Shown here: positions 60,374 to 64,000 of the stretch, piece after piece
Position numbering within the stretch: position 1 is the first letter of the stretch
How the letters are laid out: every line of letters begins with the position of its first letter
Source of the DNA: an uncultured delta proteobacterium
GTDB lineage: Bacteria > Myxococcota_A > Polyangia > Polyangiales > Polyangiaceae
Reading direction: 5' to 3'
Length of the DNA stretch: 64,000 bases
NCBI GenBank assembly: GCA_963696385.1
Contig: CAVOKF010000005.1
Span: 1,024,001-1,088,000 of the forward strand
Notes under the pieces: model-generated
What the model was told of the DNA's origin: nothing
Database searches by the model: none
The model's input: only the letters and a program-made list of their open reading frames with translations
Translations under genes and position numbers: made by a program

Positions 60374-61492
60374 ATGCGCTGCGTGCCCACTCCGGCCGAG
60401 AAGGGATCGACCCATCCGGAGCGAGCCAACTTCGACGCGGTTCGACATCTCGGGCGTCGTTTCGCCAGTGCGCGCGTGCGCGAAGTGCCGCTGCTTCGTG
60501 CCGCGGAGCTCGACCAGCGCGCCGACCCGACCGGCAGCACGCGAGTCTGGCTCGCCCTGGAAGCGCTCCAGGTCACCGGAAGCTTTCACGTGCGAGGGGC
60601 GCTCGTGGCCCTGGAGCGAATCGCGGCGACGGCCAAAGACTGGCACATCGTCGCTCCCAGCGCTGGCAACCACGGAGTTGCCGTCGCGTACGCGGCCTGT
60701 GTCCTTGGCATGTCGGCTACTGTGGTGGTTCCGCGCACAACCGCACGAACGAAGCGCGAGAAGATCGAGCGGTACGGCGCGGAGCTCGTGGTTGCGGCGA
60801 CCAATCTCTACCGAGACGCCGAAGCGCTTGCGAGCGAAATGGCCTTCTCGCGAGGCGCCGCGTTCGTCGCACCCGGTGCCGACGTCGACCTAGTGACGGC
60901 GAACGGCGGGTCGCTCGGAATCGAAATCGTCCGAGCTCTTGGCCGCGTTCCCGAAAGGGTTCTCGCACCCATGGGCGACGGCGGGCTCGCCACGGGCCTC
61001 GCCTGGGCGTTTTCGGCCGACGCGCACGCCCACCCGGATCGCGCTGTGTGGGGGGTTCATCCCGAGGCCCGATGGACGACAGGCGTTTGGCTCGACAGCG
61101 AGGACCCCGCAAACCATATTGACGCCGACGCTCCGACCCTCGCCGAGGAGCTGGGCCCCGGGATGTCGGCCGAAGGGATGGCCCAGGCGCGCGCCTCGCT
61201 CGCGGGCATCGTCGTGGCGCAAGAGGCCGAGATCGCGGCGGCCATGGCGCACGCGTATCACGACATGGGCATCGTTCTCGAAGGCAGTGCGGCCGTGGCT
61301 CTTGCGCCCGTGCTCTTCGGGCTGCCTGCGCATGTGCGCGGCGGTAATCTGGTCGTCGTGCTCACCGCGAGGAACGTCGATCCGGAACGTCTGGACGCCG
61401 TGCTTGTTCGGGCGAGCTTGGCGACGACCCCCAAAGTGGACGATGGCAGCCGCCATTCAGTGGGTCGATCGAGTGGCCATCGCGAGACCTGA
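60374..61492 (+). CDS. Threonine/serine dehydratase-like fold-type II protein lacking the PLP lysine
   Basis: LQVTGSFHVRGA (canonical SFK.RG), SAGNHG, GDGGL, LEGSAA. Confidence 0.75.
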   Translation: MRCVPTPAEKGSTHPERANFDAVRHLGRRFASARVREVPLLRAAELDQRADPTGSTRVWLALEALQVTGSFHVRGALVALERIAATAKDWHIVAPSAGNHGVAVAYAACVLGMSATVVVPRTTARTKREKIERYGAELVVAATNLYRDAEALASEMAFSRGAAFVAPGADVDLVTANGGSLGIEIVRALGRVPERVLAPMGDGGLATGLAWAFSADAHAHPDRAVWGVHPEARWTTGVWLDSEDPANHIDADAPTLAEELGPGMSAEGMAQARASLAGIVVAQEAEIAAAMAHAYHDMGIVLEGSAAVALAPVLFGLPAHVRGGNLVVVLTARNVDPERLDAVLVRASLATTPKVDDGSRHSVGRSSGHRET

Positions 61493-61510
61493 TAGGCTGT
61501 TCGAGCGATC

Positions 61511-63527
61511 GTGACCTACTCGGCCTCCGCTCCGTCGTTGCCCAAAGCGAAGGTCGTCGTCGATCAGCTCTTGCACGACAACCTCCTCAAGCCCGATCAG
61601 CTCGACGGGATCGCCGCTCGTCTGCAATGGTCCGGTGAGCGCGTCGAGGAGGCCATTCTCGAGCTTGGACTGATGACCGAGACCGAGATGCTCAAGTCGC
61701 TGGCCGCACATTACAAGGCGCATTTCATCTCGGCGGAGAAGCTCGCGAAGGCCGATGTACCGCGCTCCCTCGTCGCGATGATTCCTCAGCGCTTCGCGGA
61801 GAAGGTCGGTGTGTGTCCGGTGGCCTTCGACCCCAAAGCCCACGCACTGAGCGTCGTAACGGCCGACCCAGCGGACCTCGAGTCGCTCTACGAGGTACAG
61901 CTGGCGTCGGGAGCGCGCGAGGTGAGAGCGGTGCTGGCTCGCCCCGCTGCGGTCAAGGCGCTCATTGCCAAGGTGTACGGGGGCGATGCACGCGCCTTTG
62001 CCGTGTTCGAGCGGCAGGCCAACGTGCAGCTCGGGGCGTTGTATGAGCGTGGGAATCTCATCGTCGACAGCGGAGACGTGGGCCCCGTGGCGCGGTCTAC
62101 GCCGTCGCCGCACCCGCCCGTGCTCGAGCTGCCGTCGAAGGCGGCTCCCTCGAGAGCCAACGTTGCCAAAGCGTCCGACGCTCGGAGCTCGAAGCCGCCG
62201 GTCCAAGCGCCGCCGGTTTCGAGCGACAAGGGCGTGTCGGAGGCCTCGTTCGTCGAACTGCTTCACGTGCTCGTCAGTTTGCTCGAGAGCTCACGCGCCG
62301 ATCTGCAGGGACACTCGGCTCAAGTCGCCCGACTCGTTCGACGAATGGCCGAGAAGATGGGGCTCGACACCGCGACGACCGCCATCCTGGTCGCGGCGGC
62401 GTTCATCCACGATCTGGGCAAGGTCGGGCCCTACCATCTGACGGCGTTCAACTGCAGCGAGTACGACGGGCACAAAGTCGCGGCTCAGAAGGCGCATGGC
62501 GTCCCCGCGCGGCTTCTCGAGCCCGTGCGCCTTCCGGTCGAGACGATGGACTCCGTGAATCACATGTACGAGCGCTTCGACGGCAAGGGATTTCCCGACC
62601 GGGATGAGCGGAAAAGACATCCCATTGGGATCGCGCCTTTTGGCGATCTGCGACACCTTCGCCGATCTGACAAGCAACCCTCGCAATCCGTTTCGCGCCA
62701 CTCTGTCGCCGCAGGACGCGTGCGCCGTCCTCGCCAAGTACAAGGACCGAGTCTTCGACCCGAACCTCGTGGATTTGTTCAAGGCGACCATCCTCGGGGA
62801 GGAGCTCACGTCGCGTTTGCTGGCCACTCGTTCCCAGTCGCTCGTGGTCGACACCGATCCGGAGGAGACCATCGTTCTCGAGCTTCGCATGAGCGAGCAG
62901 GGGTTTGTCGTCAAGACGGCACGCACGGCGGAGCAGGCGCTCAAGGTGCTCGCGGAAGGTGAAACCGACCTCGTCGTGAGCGAGATTGACTTGGGGGCGA
63001 GCGACGGGCTCGCCCTCATCGCCGAGGCTCGCAACCATCCGTGGGGCAAAGACGTTCCGTGGGTCGTCTATACCCGACGCCAGGAGCGAGCCATTGCGCA
63101 GAAGGCGTTCGAGCTCGGGGTGCTCGACTACGTGACGAAACCTGCGTCGGCCGACGTGCTGGTCGCCAAGCTCAAGGCCTTGCTCGATCAGCGCACGACG
63201 CCGCGCAATCATCAGGGCGTCAGCGGATCTCTTCGCGAGATGGGGCTTGCGGACATGGTGCAGGTGCTCTTTCACGGGCGAAAAAGCGGAAGTCTGAAGA
63301 TTCGGGCTCGCGACGGGGCAGGGGAGATTCACTTCGCGGAGGGCAACGTCGTGGATGCCCTGTGGCGCGAGCTGCGCGGAGAAGAGGCATTTTACGCGAT
63401 GCTCAAGGTCGCGGAGGGGGAGTTCTCGCTGGACCCTTCGTTTCGCGCGAGCGGTCGAGTCATTCACCATTCGAGCGAAGCGCTTCTTCTCGAAGGAATG
63501 CGGCGTCTCGACGAGGGCCTGAGCTGA
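61511..63527 (+). CDS. T2SSE_N/MshEN-like + HD-GYP-like + receiver + DUF4388 signalling protein, apparent +1 frameshift at ~62599
   Basis: N-terminal GspE-N-like region; GHSAQVA..IHDLGK..ERFDGKGFP(D)GMSGKDIPLGSR; receiver domain; SGSLREMGLADMVQVL..RKSG. Confidence 0.8.
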
Positions 63528-63529
63528 GA

Positions 63530-64000
63530 TCACTTCTTCGGCTTCACGAACTCCACATCCCACTCGACCGTGACGTCGCTCGGGGCGGCGTACGGAGGAA
63601 ACCAAATTTTCTTGAATGCATCGGCCGCGCACGCGCCCACAGGTTGCCCGGCGTAAGGCGCCGGAACACTCACCTGCTTGACGTGACCGTTGCGGCCCAG
63701 CGTGACGCTGGCCTTGGTCGCGCCCCAGGGACCGTTGGCTTGCCCATCGTCGTCGGTCGCGGCACCGCAACTGGCCTTGATCGACCGGGCCGCGCGCTTG
63801 AGCTCCGCTTCGACGGCCTCGCGATCGTACGACGTCGTATCGCCGGACGGATGCTCCGTCGCGTCGCCGCTCGACGCGGCATTCGGACTCGAACTCGACG
63901 GGGCCGCCGCTTCCCCCGCGTCTCTTTCGCCGGCCGGCGGAAGGCAATCGCTGCCCTGGAGCACCGTGCCCGCCGGGCACGTGGGGGGCGAGTTCGCTCC
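63530..64000 (-). CDS. Hypothetical exported protein with TonB-C/AgmX-like C-terminal domain (5' end outside window)
   Basis: Frame open to the window edge; ..VTLGRNGHVKQVSV..VGACAADAFKKIWFPPY..VTVEWDVEF. Confidence 0.65.
   Translation of the reverse strand, partial: GANSPPTCPAGTVLQGSDCLPPAGERDAGEAAAPSSSSPNAASSGDATEHPSGDTTSYDREAVEAELKRAARSIKASCGAATDDDGQANGPWGATKASVTLGRNGHVKQVSVPAPYAGQPVGACAADAFKKIWFPPYAAPSDVTVEWDVEFVKPKK

Overview
High-GC (visually ~65-70%) bacterial DNA whose gene content (eukaryote-like Ser/Thr kinases, PEGA/TPR proteins, many Cys-rich lipoproteins, SspB, MshEN/HD-GYP/DUF4388 fusion) points to a myxobacterium, probably Sorangiineae/Polyangiaceae-like; this is inferred, not tested. 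The most unusual part is ~1.8-15 kb, an envelope gene cluster with (i) two paralogous BBP2/OmpL-type outer-membrane beta-barrels, each followed by a paralogous Cys-rich lipoprotein with an acidic tandem-repeat tail, (ii) five divergent paralogs of an unrecognised ~170-aa lipoprotein family (R-x-L-x-C-H ... P-x-D-P-Y ... W-x-x-I), (iii) two orphan KdpE-like regulators that both lack the canonical receiver Lys and Ser/Thr, and (iv) seven clear and three weaker KdpE-box-like direct repeats (TTTAYN-N5-TTTAYN) in the intergenic DNA. No kdpABC or kdpD is present in the window. The rest holds a kinase-PEGA-Cys-rich lipoprotein module, a TetR-controlled RND pump, a MacAB-like ABC exporter, phoU, hrpA, a diheme cytochrome lipoprotein, MATE, a pseudokinase, a cytochrome c-sorbosone dehydrogenase fusion, tmRNA next to sspB, a KimA-like K+ transporter, pssA, cpoB/LysM and ccsA-hemA/hemC. 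About nine single-base frameshifts (mostly +1) look like sequencing or assembly errors. All family calls come from motif recognition by eye; no database searches were run.
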